The notes under the pieces: model-generated
The model's database searches: none
Told to the model about the DNA's origin: nothing
What the model saw: only the letters and a program-made list of their open reading frames with translations
Shown here: positions 34,854 to 45,834 of the stretch, one piece after another
How positions within the stretch are numbered: the stretch's first letter is position 1
How the letters are laid out: each line of letters begins with the position of its first letter
Source of the DNA: Blepharisma stoltei ATCC 30299
Lineage: Eukaryota; Protista; Ciliophora
Assembly (NCBI GenBank): GCA_965603825.1
Contig: CBFDEM010000011.1
Span: 310,001 to 374,000 of the forward strand
Direction of reading: 5' to 3'
DNA: 64,000 nt
Translations under genes and position numbers: made by a program

Positions 34854-36135
34854 CTAAGCTAAATTAATATGTTTATGCTTCTTCTCAGGATCAGGGCTAA
34901 TTTGATCTCCTGCTCTTTTCGGGTTAAACGCTATTTCTTCTGGAATCCTAAACTCCACGCAAAACATGAATTTTCTAGGCGATACATCACGAACAGTCAC
35001 CAGTTTAAAATTAGATGTATCAAAATCCCCCCAAGCTGCTTTAATCCTATCAACAAGCTCACTCCCATTTGGAACTGAAGAAAACCCATAAACATGTATA
35101 ACAGGCAGCTCTTTCCATACATCAGGGTTAAATCTCCATTTAAATACATCAAGAAATTCAATAGCGTCCATAGGTAAGTTCATATAAATATGATGAAAAA
35201 CGCTTGGGAGTGTCTGCATAGGAGGAGCTCTCAACATATCATCACATTTAACTTCTTCTCTTGGGGTATTTAATAGCTGTATAATAAACTCTCTGGCGTC
35301 CATGTTATAAGCTGACAGGTTTTTAGCCACTTTATTTCTCAATGAATTTTTTACAAGCCATTCATAGCATGAGGGATTTAAGTCATTTGCGATTACCCTG
35401 CATCCTAACTTTGCCGCTTTTATTGCAAAAGGTCCTACTCCTGCAAACATGTCACATATAATTTCATTAGGTTTTAACGTCCCAACCACCCTTATTCTTT
35501 CAAAGGCCAGCTTTGAGTTCCAATACACATCTCTGAAATTGAAGTTAAATATACAGTTCCCTTCTTTCTAATTAAAATTTACAACTTCTGTATCAAGTTT
35601 GTCTTCTCCTCCTATAACTTCCATTTCAAAAGTTCGGAAAACTGACTCGATTTTGCTTAATTTTGTAACAACAGTTTTTATTGAAGGACTTTTCTATATA
35701 TTTTTTACGTCTATTGTTACCTGTCCGATTATATATCGATATGGCATATGTTCAGGCTTTAAATTATAATGGGCAATGTGGCCAATTGTTTCAAACCCTG
35801 TTGGGATCACTGTGCCATTAGGAAGAATTTCTCTTAAAACTTCTTCTGCAGAAAAATGGTCGTATCCTAATAAAATTGTGTGTGGGAGAATTTCGTAGTT
35901 TATTAGTGTTTCAGGGATTTCGGCTATTGAAGGATCTAATAGTAATAACTTGTGGTCTTTGGAACCAGGGCATGCGATTGTGTTTTCTTGTTTATGAATC
36001 TTTAATAGCAGTGATCTGTGGTCTTGCTTTAAATTATTGCATTCTTTTAAAGGCACTTTGACTGCTTTTAGGTGGAGCTCTTTTTGGAACCTGGCATTAT
36101 AATTACTTTTCTTTAGGAACTTCTCTTAATTCCAT
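34854..36135 (-). CDS. TRM5: tRNA (guanine-37-N1) methyltransferase Trm5; introns 36091-36106 (16 nt), 35694-35708 and 35568-35582 (15 nt)
   Basis: GFETIGHIAHYNL, FRTFEMEVIGG, VYWNSKL, DMFAGVGPFA, NDLNP, MNLP; three introns restore one frame. Confidence 0.93.
35568..35582 (-). other. 15-nt spliceosomal intron (TRM5)
   Basis: gtaaattttaattag; restores DTEV-KEGNC. Confidence 0.9.
35694..35708 (-). other. 15-nt spliceosomal intron (TRM5)
   Basis: gtaaaaaatatatag; restores ID-KSPSIKTVV. Confidence 0.9.
36091..36106 (-). other. 16-nt spliceosomal intron (TRM5)
   Basis: gtaattataatgccag; links ATG 36135 to the main frame. Confidence 0.82.
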
Positions 36136-36197
36136 ATTTATACCAAGGTAATTTCGAATAAATTTAAGCTAACACTATCAATTATACAGCTGAAAAT

Positions 36198-37340
36198 TTA
36201 AGAAGGGTTATATCATGATGGTGTCAAGCGTCTAAGAAGATCTGGGTTGTACCTTTCCCTTTCTTCTGAAGTCCAATTAAAAAGAGGTGGCAATGGATCT
36301 CCATTTGGAAGCCTTGTTGCCTCATCTTTAAGTTGGTCAAAGAAAGGATGTTCTAAAGATTCCAATGCTGACGGTCTTAACTGAGGAGAATATACCAGCA
36401 ATCTTGACACAAAATCAATGGCATCTACTGGAGTCCTCGATTTAAACACTCTATTCCAAGGATGTTGTGGGACCTGAGGAAAATTATTTTCTGTATAGCT
36501 TGGGTTCATGTCTCTTATTTGTTCTCTATTTGGAGTCCCTAGAATTTTAATAATTTCCACAAGCTGGTCTACTCCGCTTTCTCCAGGAAATAACGGTTGT
36601 CCTAACAAAATTTCAGCAACCACCGCGCCAGCACTCCATACATCTATTGCAGGTGTATAATCAGTAGCTCCAAAAATCAATTCAGGGGCTCTATAATAGC
36701 GAGAGCAAATATAAGAAACATTGGGTTCTCCTCTTATGAGTTTCTTTGCAGAGCCAAAATCACAAAGTTTGGTACTATGAGTGTTTGTGTCGACTAGGAT
36801 ATTTTGAGGCTTAATGTCTCTGTGGCAAACCCCTACTGCATGAATATAAGCTAAAGATCTCATAATTTGGTAACTATAAAGCTTTACTAGTAAAATAGGC
36901 ACTGGCTGTCTCATTCGGCTGTAATGCTTTATTACTCTGTAGAGCGTTTCATTTACAAATTCCATGACGACGTTTAGATAAAGCTCGTTTGGCTTTTCAC
37001 CATTTATATAGAAGGCGTGCTTGAATGCGACGACGTTTGGATGAACCAGCTCTTTTATGATTTGAAGTTCACGGTTTTTGTACCGAGGGTCTTGCAAAAC
37101 CTTTTTTATGGCAACTGTTTCACCAGTTTGAGCTATTGTTGCTTGGTATACTGTGCCAAAACTTCCGCTGCCAGCTATTTTGTCAGCATTATAAGTTGAA
37201 TTGCTATTGGCTTGCTTTTTCTCATCAATACTCATCCTACTCAAGGAAGAGCTTAGATCTCCTACACGTCTTCTCACTGATGCTGAGGATACATTGTGGG
37301 CTACACTGTTTTTTGAGACCCTATTGCTAAGTCTGTCCAT
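36198..37340 (-). CDS. GSK3: Glycogen synthase kinase 3 / shaggy-like kinase; TGA=Trp near C-terminus
   Basis: [38 protein letters not shown]; ends LTPS(W)YNPS-TAA. Confidence 0.95.
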
Positions 37341-38101
37341 GTTTTTCTTCCTAACTTTTTATTTAAATTTAATCATTTGACTAAGAATCATCATTTAAAA
37401 ACTCCATAAAATATTTATGAGAATATCTATATGCATTTAAGAATTAACTTCGATGAGGTAGTCTATTTTCTGTAACTTAAAAAATCCAATTTAAATTTAC
37501 AGCTAATTATTATTTAATTTTTTCAATAAGATCTGTGCATACCCATTGAAACTAACCTTATTTCTCTTATCTGAAAAGCCTTTCCAAATAATGGAATATG
37601 GTGTTTTTAAGAAACAGTTTAGTAAATTTTATCAATAAATTTTATGTAAAATATTTTTGAAACTTTATTAAGTTTATTAAATTGAAAGGGTGATTTTGCT
37701 TAATTAAGTAAGGTGTTGCAATATTACATTTCAAAGTTTCTTGATACCTCATCAAAAAACTTTATGATTTTTTTTTTACCAGCAAAAATAATCAAGACGC
37801 AAAATAAATCGTTTAAATAAAATAGAAATTTTAAAACTCGCCGAAAGACAAACAATATAAAGATCTCAATTATCAAACAATCTCCACACTCTCAACTCTC
37901 AATTCTTTATTAACCTAACGCTACCTTTATTAAATTCATAATAAAATCCTTTCAAAAATTCAATTCAGTAAATGGTTAAATTTCAAAATTTATTCATCCA
38001 TTAAAAAACTAGCCACTATATGAAAAGCCTTTTCCTCATAAGAGCCTTCTTCTCTAATAATTACTGCTTATTTTAAAAAAATTAATGCAAAACTCAAGCT
38101 T

Positions 38102-38569
38102 TTACAAATCAATTAGATTATTGTCAAAGCTTTTTACAAATTTTCCTTTGACTCTCAATTTATGTCTTGCAGTTTCACTCCTGCCTTGAAAACTCCTTGA
38201 AATCTTTACTTTTTGCCTGTATCTCTGGAGTTTCATTTTATATCTTAAAATTTTTTGCTCTCTTATGTGTGGAGGATATATACCCACAAGCGGTTTTTCG
38301 TCTTCAAAGTCTGCAGTAGTGCTTGCAATTGAGTTCCAGCTCTCAGTTCTAGGCATTTTCGCAGTGCCTTCTTGAGAGATTGATGATAGGCATGATTCCA
38401 GCTGATGGTATTTGAGTTTTTCTGATTCAAGTTCTTTAGATAATTGCAAACACTTTTCTCTCTCTGCTAAAAGCTCATTTGACAGCTGAGCAATAAGACT
38501 TAGCCCAGGCTCAATGGAATTCCAGTGCAGGGCTATCGGGACCACGATTTTTTCTTCTTGTTCTTCCAT
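38102..38569 (-). CDS. Coiled-coil + CCT-motif protein
   Basis: VGIYPPHIREQKILRYKMK...RSFQGRSETARHKLRVKGKFVK resembles the CCT consensus (R..R..RY.EK...R...A..R.RVKGRF). Confidence 0.75.
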   Translation of the reverse strand: MEEQEEKIVVPIALHWNSIEPGLSLIAQLSNELLAEREKCLQLSKELESEKLKYHQLESCLSSISQEGTAKMPRTESWNSIASTTADFEDEKPLVGIYPPHIREQKILRYKMKLQRYRQKVKISRSFQGRSETARHKLRVKGKFVKSFDNNLIDL

Positions 38570-39074
38570 AGTTATGTATATTAACTTTCTGGCGAGCCCT
38601 ATTTTTCACACATTTCTTGTATAAGAAAAATTATTGTCGATGAAAAGAGCACCACTTTAGATGAGAGATTTGTGACTGAAATTTAAAAAAATTAGAGAGA
38701 AATTAGTTTTGAATGAAATTTGGGACTATTTCTGATAATTTGGCATACTATGGCGCCGAATAATATTATAAATTTATTCCATAGTTAATTAGGCTAGTGG
38801 AAAGAGAAATATGCATCGATATCAGAAATTGATAAACGCAAGGAAAATAAGAAAAAATGCGTTTTATTTGGCAAAAATAATGAAAAATCATCAAAATAAT
38901 TCTTAAAATAAATTGTCAAAATTTTTCTATTAGTTCGAATTCTCCAATAGAAAATTTTTTAGCAGATGCAAAAATTGTTTCAAAATTAATTTATAAATAT
39001 ATTTAGCAATTATTTTCTTTTATTTAATAGTGCCTTCTTTCTTTTATATAAAGTTCTTATTATTTTTAGATTCT

Positions 39075-39797
39075 ATGGAGTATTTTACAAATCGCTCTGG
39101 TCTACAATTAACTTACAGCATCTCTATAAAATATCCAAACGTTCAAAGAATTTACATCATTTGTCCAATGTGGCCTACAGAAATATTTTTTCTCTCTGAA
39201 TTTATATACGAGAACTTAGATGCGAATGTATTTAAATTTTATTTAACTGGAACTGGGAGTAGTCAAGGAGAAAATACATATGCTGGCAATTTGCGAGACG
39301 CAGATGATATTGACGATGCTGTGAAATTTTTAATTGAAAGAGGATATTCAGTTGAAGGAATTATTGGAAATGCGAAATTTGGGACCAGTGCAATTATTTA
39401 TTCAGCTATATATGGCGATGTAAAAACTATTATCTCATTGTCTCCAAAGTACGATTTTAGTCTACTTCCACCATTTATAAAAGATAATTATGAATCAATT
39501 AGAATCAACGGCGAAATAATACATACTGCGCTTGGAAAAGAATGGAAATGCACGTGAAATATGATCCAAGAGATGATGAGTCTTGACATGAAATATTATT
39601 GCCATAAGGCTAAAGGCAGCATTTATATAATACAAGGAGACCAGGATCAAATTTGCCCTTTTGCAGATTCAATAGAATTTGAGAGGGAACTAAAAGAAAA
39701 GTGCAGAGGGAGATTTGTGCTAAATTGTGATGAGTTTTTTATCGGAGTCTTTGATGAGGTTGTAGAGATTATAGAAAAAATCATTTATGAGAATTAA
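39075..39797 (+). CDS. Alpha/beta-hydrolase-fold protein, probably catalytically inactive; one TGA=Trp
   Basis: GTGSSQG, DADDIDDAVKFL, IIQGDQDQICP; nucleophile elbow reads GNAKFG; TGA 39555-39557 joins two ORFs. Confidence 0.78.
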
Positions 39798-39982
39798 TTT
39801 TTTTAGTCAATTTAATAGTTGAACTTTTTAGTTTCTGATTATTTTCTTCCTAGAGAATTTTTCATAAAAAATTCTTACTTTATTATTAATTTGACGAATA
39901 TAATATGCCATTTTAATAACATTACAAAATATGACCAGAATTTCTACAACATTTTTTCTTTATTAAATGAATCTTTAATAAA

Positions 39983-40621
39983 ATGGTGCCTGCTCAGATA
40001 AAGATTCTGATTAAGTTACTCTTAGATCTGACCTTTTTCTTCCTCGTATTTTCCATATATCTCATAAACAGCTTCCGCTTCATGAAAACCAATCACATAG
40101 GAATGACAGAACTTTCTGTAAAATCAAGAATAGACGGCGTTTACGAGATTGGAGCTTTTAAAGCCTTTGAAAATCATTGGTGCCCTAATCTCGGCTCAAT
40201 TGACGCTATCTGTGACAATATAAACGACTGGAAAAAAGCTGGGGTTTTATTTATAGTATTCACATCTTTTGCACATGTATTTATGGTCTTTGGAATGGTC
40301 AATTTAATACTGAAATCCTGTTTCTGTTGTTTTAAACTGAGAATAATGAAGGATTTAGAAAATTATATATACCCTTTGCTTTATTCTTTAAGCTTGATTT
40401 TATATGTAACAGTCAGCAAAGTGTTTACACTTGAAAAACCTATGTATTATAGTGATGCTTATAACGTCAAAGCAGAGTCAGGGCTGGTTTTAATGTTCGT
40501 TGCCCTAAGTTTTAGCTTGGTAAGTGGTGGATATTACTTTTACTTCCGAAGGGAAATCAATGGGTATTGTGAAGTTGCTGGGAAAGAAAGCTTCCTGATG
40601 CGAAATGTAGAAAAAGTCTAA
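39983..40621 (+). CDS. Four-transmembrane protein (claudin/PMP22-like topology)
   Basis: Four hydrophobic segments, Cys pair in first loop. Confidence 0.65.
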   Translation: MVPAQIKILIKLLLDLTFFFLVFSIYLINSFRFMKTNHIGMTELSVKSRIDGVYEIGAFKAFENHWCPNLGSIDAICDNINDWKKAGVLFIVFTSFAHVFMVFGMVNLILKSCFCCFKLRIMKDLENYIYPLLYSLSLILYVTVSKVFTLEKPMYYSDAYNVKAESGLVLMFVALSFSLVSGGYYFYFRREINGYCEVAGKESFLMRNVEKV

Positions 40622-40660
40622 CCTAAATAATTCTTATTTCCCTTCATATTTTTATAAATA

Positions 40661-41080
40661 ATGGAACAACTCGACGAGTGGAGTCAAGTAAATTCGGAGC
40701 TTAATAAATCGTAATCCCTATTCAGCTGCGAGGACAGAAAGCCAAGGTTCGTTCTCTTTGTTGAGAAATGGAATCCTTTCAGTCTTCATGCCGCTCGAAT
40801 TTTTCAAAAATTAAAAGCAGAAAGCACTGAGAAAGACATTTTCATTGTAGACGCAGATAAATTATTTAGCATTGCGTCTGGATTTGGAGTTATAGGAACC
40901 CCAGCTTTGGTTGTTTTCTTCAGAGGAATGCCGATTAAGATAAAAAGAAGAGGATGGGAAGAAGACATTAAATGTAAATTTTATGCAGATGTCGGAATTG
41001 CATCAGAAGATAACTATTCCAAGATTGTTAGCATGGGCAGAGAACAAGCAATTACAGGAAATCCACTTATTTGTGATTAG
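40661..41080 (+). CDS. Thioredoxin-fold protein lacking CxxC; 15-nt intron 40711-40725, probable second intron 40974-40988; not in ORF track
   Basis: FVLFVEKWNPFS, IFIVDAD, FGVIGTPALVVFFRG (cis-Pro motif); first intron removes an in-frame TAA. Confidence 0.75.
40711..40725 (+). other. 15-nt spliceosomal intron
   Basis: gtaatccctattcag; removes in-frame TAA. Confidence 0.82.
40974..40988 (+). other. Probable 15-nt intron with no in-frame stop
   Basis: gtaaattttatgcag fits the consensus, but the frame is open without splicing. Confidence 0.55.
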
Positions 41081-41141
41081 GAAAGAATTAAAATAAATCA
41101 TTAGAATGACAAATTGGTTACCAATTTAAAAGAATTAGTGT

Positions 41142-42026
41142 TTACGCCGTGCAATTTATAGATACCTGAGCTCTTTTATAATATAACGAAACAGCAGGAT
41201 AAACATTTATTGGGACGTTTGTATAGGCGACGCCATAATCTTTTCCATTTCTCAAAAAGCTAATTGAGCCTTGATCCCCTTTGTACTCGAGCCTGACACA
41301 AATAATGTCTCCAGTTTGAACACTTTCTCCGTAGTAATCTTCTATACCAGTTTCTGGCTTAAACTTCTTCCCCCCACTGCATCTTAGTCCCCAAAATAAG
41401 CCGACATCAGGCGGGTGACCATATAAGGCAACATTTTCATCTGCAACCCCAATAAAAATATCGTCATCGTCCACAATTAAATCGACTTTCACTTCCCAAG
41501 TACAAAGTCCAGAGGATAAGCACATATTGCAAAGGACTGTTTCGAATTCTTCTTCTGTTTTCTTTGAAGCTGTCATCCCATTATTTGAAATTTCGATGTT
41601 AGCTGCTTTTTTGTTTTCGTTTCAATATAAATTTTGTCTTAGCAAGGCAATAAATGTTGAATGAGACTTCAGCTTAAGCGTAAAAGGGGAGTCTGTAGGC
41701 TTTATTTCCTTCATGGATCCCATAGGATATATCAGTTTGATAATTGCTCCTGCAGATAAGGAATATTGTTTCTTCAATAGAGAAAATAGATTAGAAAAAT
41801 CATTAGTAATATCTCATTCAAATGATAATAATTTCCTGTCTTTGGCAAAAGATTTCACTTTTAAGGTGACTTTATTGCTAATTGAGTTTGGATCAATGTA
41901 TCCTAGGCCACCCCATGTAAATTTGACTATAGCTTTTGCTGGGCGTTTTTCTAAGAGCTCCCCATAGCCCCACACAGTGTAAACTTTAATCTGTTCTAAT
42001 CCATTATCTCCTTCTTGCCTTGTCAT
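41142..42026 (-). CDS. SPRY/B30.2-domain protein; two TGA=Trp
   Basis: FY(W)NENKKAANIEISNNGMTA, TWEVKVD, IFIGVA, GDIICVRL, ISFLRNGKDYGVAY, VYPAVSL. Confidence 0.82.
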
Positions 42027-42385
42027 ACACTTTATTTCCCTAATTTTTTATTATGAATCCAAAATTATTGCATCTTTTTCCTGAATTTTATATTATTAGT
42101 CCAAAGTCCAAGACAACTTCAATTTCTACACAATTAATTATTTCAATGCAAAAAATATCAGAAAATTTCTTGTATAAAGCTTAAACACAAGTATAAGCCC
42201 ATTACTGATTTATATAAAATATTCTTAAACTGTATTATTCTCAATCATTTATTGTAATCCTAAAATCATCATTATAATGAAAATCTAGTATAAAAACAAT
42301 AACAATAAAAAATCTGATTGAAATTTACATTTATTTATCACAGTATGGCGTTTTGCTATTCAAAACTGCATAAGCTATAATTAAA

Positions 42386-42889
42386 ATGGGAGTGGAAATA
42401 TCAAGAGAAATTCCTTTCAGTCAAGAGGAACTTTTAATGCTCGAGCAAAGATTCAGACGTTTAGACATTGATGGAAGCGGGATGCTCGAGCCCAATGAAT
42501 TTTTCGACATTCCAGAGCTAGCACAAAATCCACTGGTCCAGCGTGTGATCTCTGTATTTGATAAGAATGGGGATGGAAATATTTCTTTTTATGAATTTGT
42601 AACTGGACTTTCGAAACTCTCAGAAGCAGGGTCCGAAGACGACAAGCTGCACTTTTTGTTTGCAATCTATGATATGGACAAAGATGGCTTCATTTCTAAT
42701 GGAGAGCTGTTTAGGGTGCTCAAAATGATGGTGGGAAATAATTTGACTGATGTTCAGCTGCAGCAATTAGTTGATAGAACGCTGATACGAGCTGATGAAG
42801 ACTTTGATGGGAAAATCTCTTATCCGGAGTTTTGCAAAATGGTGAGGGATATGGATATTGGGGAAAAGCTTACTCTTCATCTAAAATAA
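42386..42889 (+). CDS. CNB1: Calcineurin regulatory subunit B
   Basis: Four EF-hands, QNPLVQRVI, LKMMVGNNL, QLQQLVDRT. Confidence 0.96.
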   Translation: MGVEISREIPFSQEELLMLEQRFRRLDIDGSGMLEPNEFFDIPELAQNPLVQRVISVFDKNGDGNISFYEFVTGLSKLSEAGSEDDKLHFLFAIYDMDKDGFISNGELFRVLKMMVGNNLTDVQLQQLVDRTLIRADEDFDGKISYPEFCKMVRDMDIGEKLTLHLK

Positions 42890-42963
42890 GAAGTTAATTA
42901 TTAAATTCTGACGTAATTGATCTAGTTATAAAGCTAGTCTTATATTTTATTACTTAATAAATC

Positions 42964-43413
42964 CTAGCTTGGCTTTTGAGGTAAATATTGCTTTAAATTC
43001 ATGAAGGCTTCATTTAAAACATTTGCCTTTTTAATAGTGAAATTCTTTAAATTTTCACGAGATGCTGAAGTGCAATCCCAATAATTTTTATAAGCGTCAA
43101 ATTCTTCTTTGGATACTATTGAGTCGTTGTTATCATCAAGCATCTTTATGTGTAATGGCACCTCTTCTTCGCATTTTTGTTGTATTATCGTTTCTCTTTT
43201 GCTTTCTTCTCTTTCTAATTGGTTTAAAGTAAGCCAATAATTTTCAATCTGGCTTAAACATTTTTCATTATTCTGTAAATAGCATTTTTCTTCAACGTAG
43301 CGAATTCTTTGGTATAAAATTCTCAAATTCTGATTGGCTTTGGCAGCCAACTTCTCAAATTCCTTTTCTTTGGCTTGGAGCTCAGCTGCATTTTTTCTTG
43401 TCTCAAAGTCCAT
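42964..43413 (-). CDS. Hypothetical helical protein with spaced cysteines
   Basis: 149-aa ATG-TAG ORF with coding-like composition. Confidence 0.65.
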   Translation of the reverse strand: MDFETRKNAAELQAKEKEFEKLAAKANQNLRILYQRIRYVEEKCYLQNNEKCLSQIENYWLTLNQLEREESKRETIIQQKCEEEVPLHIKMLDDNNDSIVSKEEFDAYKNYWDCTSASRENLKNFTIKKANVLNEAFMNLKQYLPQKPS

Positions 43414-43685
43414 ATTTACTATAAATAAATTTTCAGTGAGCTCATATTAAATATTCTTGCAAAAACTTTATTAGGGTATATTTAATTTAATTTCTTGAAT
43501 TTAGTTTTATTATTTATGTTAAATAATTGTCAGTTTCAAAATTTTTATGTTAAATCAGTTTTAAATATTTATCCAAAGCAATTAGGTTATCTTACCAGAA
43601 AATATAACAACTCAAATATTTTATCATTTAAATCGATAAATATAGAAACAAATACTTAATTATGTGGTTACAGATTAATTATTCC

Positions 43686-44189
43686 TTATACTTTACAAGG
43701 ACTGCGTAAAAACAGAGATGGGCTCACTATTTCTTTAAAGCTTGACAATGAAGCTTTATACATTTGCTGAATCTGAAAAATTTCGTATTCCATCATACTC
43801 GGGACAATACTTTCTTCACAATACAAGCAAACTCTGTTCTGATAACTCTCTTCAGTTTTCAGCTTTTTTTTATAGTCCCATCCCCATTTGTACACCTGGG
43901 CTTCAGTTAGACCAGTTTTTGCCACGAGTTCTGCCACCTGCTCTTTGGTTCAGTGTGGGTTGATCTCGTATTCTTTTCGCAAAATGCTGATTTGAAGATC
44001 AGTCTTTCTATTTCGCTTTTTTGACCCATGGAATTTAAAAGATGGAGACCCTTCTGTTGAGTATGAGTTTGAGATGTCGCTGTCTTCACTCAGATAAGGG
44101 TCGTATTTTTGTGTCGTTTTTCTTTTTGAGTTGTGTTTGACTGCTTTTGGGGTATATATGTAATTGTCATTCATAGATCTTGTCTTCAT
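43686..44189 (-). CDS. Atypical homeodomain protein; one TGA=Trp
   Basis: KKRNRKTDLQISILRKEYEINPH(W)TKEQVAELVAKTGLTEAQVYKWGWDYKKK. Confidence 0.85.
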
Positions 44190-44558
44190 TCTTTATGATA
44201 AAGTCTAATTAATTATTGTAATATGGAATCATAATATTCAGAAAAAAATATTCAAATTTTTTTAAGAGTGCAAATTATGAGAAAATTAAGCTGATGGTGC
44301 TGAAAGTGGAAAAATAAAAAATATCACTGAGCGCTTGCATAGAAATATAGCCGAGATACTTATAATATTTGATGAATAATCTTTAAAGATTGAAGATTAT
44401 GCTAATTAAGGATGTGATCTTTAATTATAATGGATTAAAAATCAATCATAAATTTGGTTCTAAAAACTTATTTGATCAAAATTTCAATTATATATAATTT
44501 ATCAGTCATTCATTTTGAAAACTTAATTAAATGAATTATTATCAATTATTAATTTATT

Positions 44559-45764
44559 TTAAATTTCATATGCAGGAAATTTCGCTTCTTGTGGATTCAA
44601 CAGATCTAGATAAAATAAAATGTTCCCAGCAAGTCCTTCCATTAGGCTGAATGGACGATCTGGCATCCCTGTAACCAATCTTTGAGAATCTTCATAATTT
44701 TCTATTTCCCGATTTAAATTTTGATCATTCAGCATCTTATCAGCAAAGCATTGAGCCCTATAAAGCCATAAGTTATCTAACGTAGCCTTATACAAAGATA
44801 AAAACGCATAACCATTTCCTGAAATTCCATGACAAACGCCTTTACCTTTTTTTATCAGCCCACGCTCCCAAATAACATTCCCAGCCCTTATAGCAGCATC
44901 TAAATAATTTTGATCCTGAAAAGCTAAAAAGGCTTGACACAGCATAGGGACAGCTCCTGTAGCCCCATGACAAAAGTGGACTAAATCATCTCGAGTTTTC
45001 CCTTCTGATGATGGAAAATTTCCTGACGGAAACCTCAAGCTTAGCAAGTATCTTAATGTGTCTCTTATAACATGGTCATAATGATTTTGTAGGTATTTTC
45101 TGCTTTGTAGCAGCATCATTATGACTCCAATACTCCCATGAGCGCCGCCTAGATAATATTTCCCTCTTCCAATAGGCCATTCATATTTCAGCATTCCATA
45201 ATTATTTCCTCTTCTGACAAGCTCATCTACAGTTCTGTTTAATAAGGCAATCAAATCTTCTCTGAGTGGCACATCGCTTCATCTATCAATTATAAAAATT
45301 ATTGAATAAATATATCCAGCTAAACCATTCAATAGCTCGTTTTCACTTTCCGGGATAAGATTTTCATCTCTGCAAAGATCTTCAACATATTTTATAGTTT
45401 TTGATGCGGCTGCTGTAATAGCATAAATTCCTGATCTTCCTGTTAAAAATCCTAATGTAGTATTTCTGTTACTTTGACATGAATTTAGATTAGCTATTAT
45501 GGCTTCTTCCAAACAACTTTTGTACTCACTGCTGTATTTTGTGTACAAATTATAGTAAAAATATAAATTTCCACCTGATCCTGTATAAATAGAATATCTT
45601 TTTTTCTTATTCCCTAATGAATCTAATTGGTAATCTGATCTTGGTGGATATTCTCTTTCCATTATACTAATCATAGTAGGAAGCTCTCTTCTAATTTGTT
45701 CAGTCACCCCTGATAGCAGCTGCCCAGTGAATTCAGGAGAGTTATTAATTACATACCGACTCAT
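44559..45764 (-). CDS. LanC-like protein (LANCL/GCR2 family); one TGA=Trp
   Basis: IYTGSGG, FLTGRSG, ELLNGLAG, YLGGAHG, HFCHGATG, GVCHGISGN, FSLMEGLAG. Confidence 0.92.
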
Positions 45765-45834
45765 TCTATATAAATTTATTAAATCACATAAATTTATGAA
45801 AAAGCTATCAATATTTTTATTCACCACTCACTAT

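Noticed and set aside
38925-38950. GTTCGAATTC T-loop-like motif suggesting a tRNA
   Set aside because: No acceptor, D or anticodon stems; context is almost pure AT.
1658-45764. Lanthipeptide-like system (microproteins as precursors for the LanC-like enzyme)
   Set aside because: No dehydratase or lyase present, loci are ~40 kb apart, and the LanC protein is the ordinary eukaryotic LANCL type.
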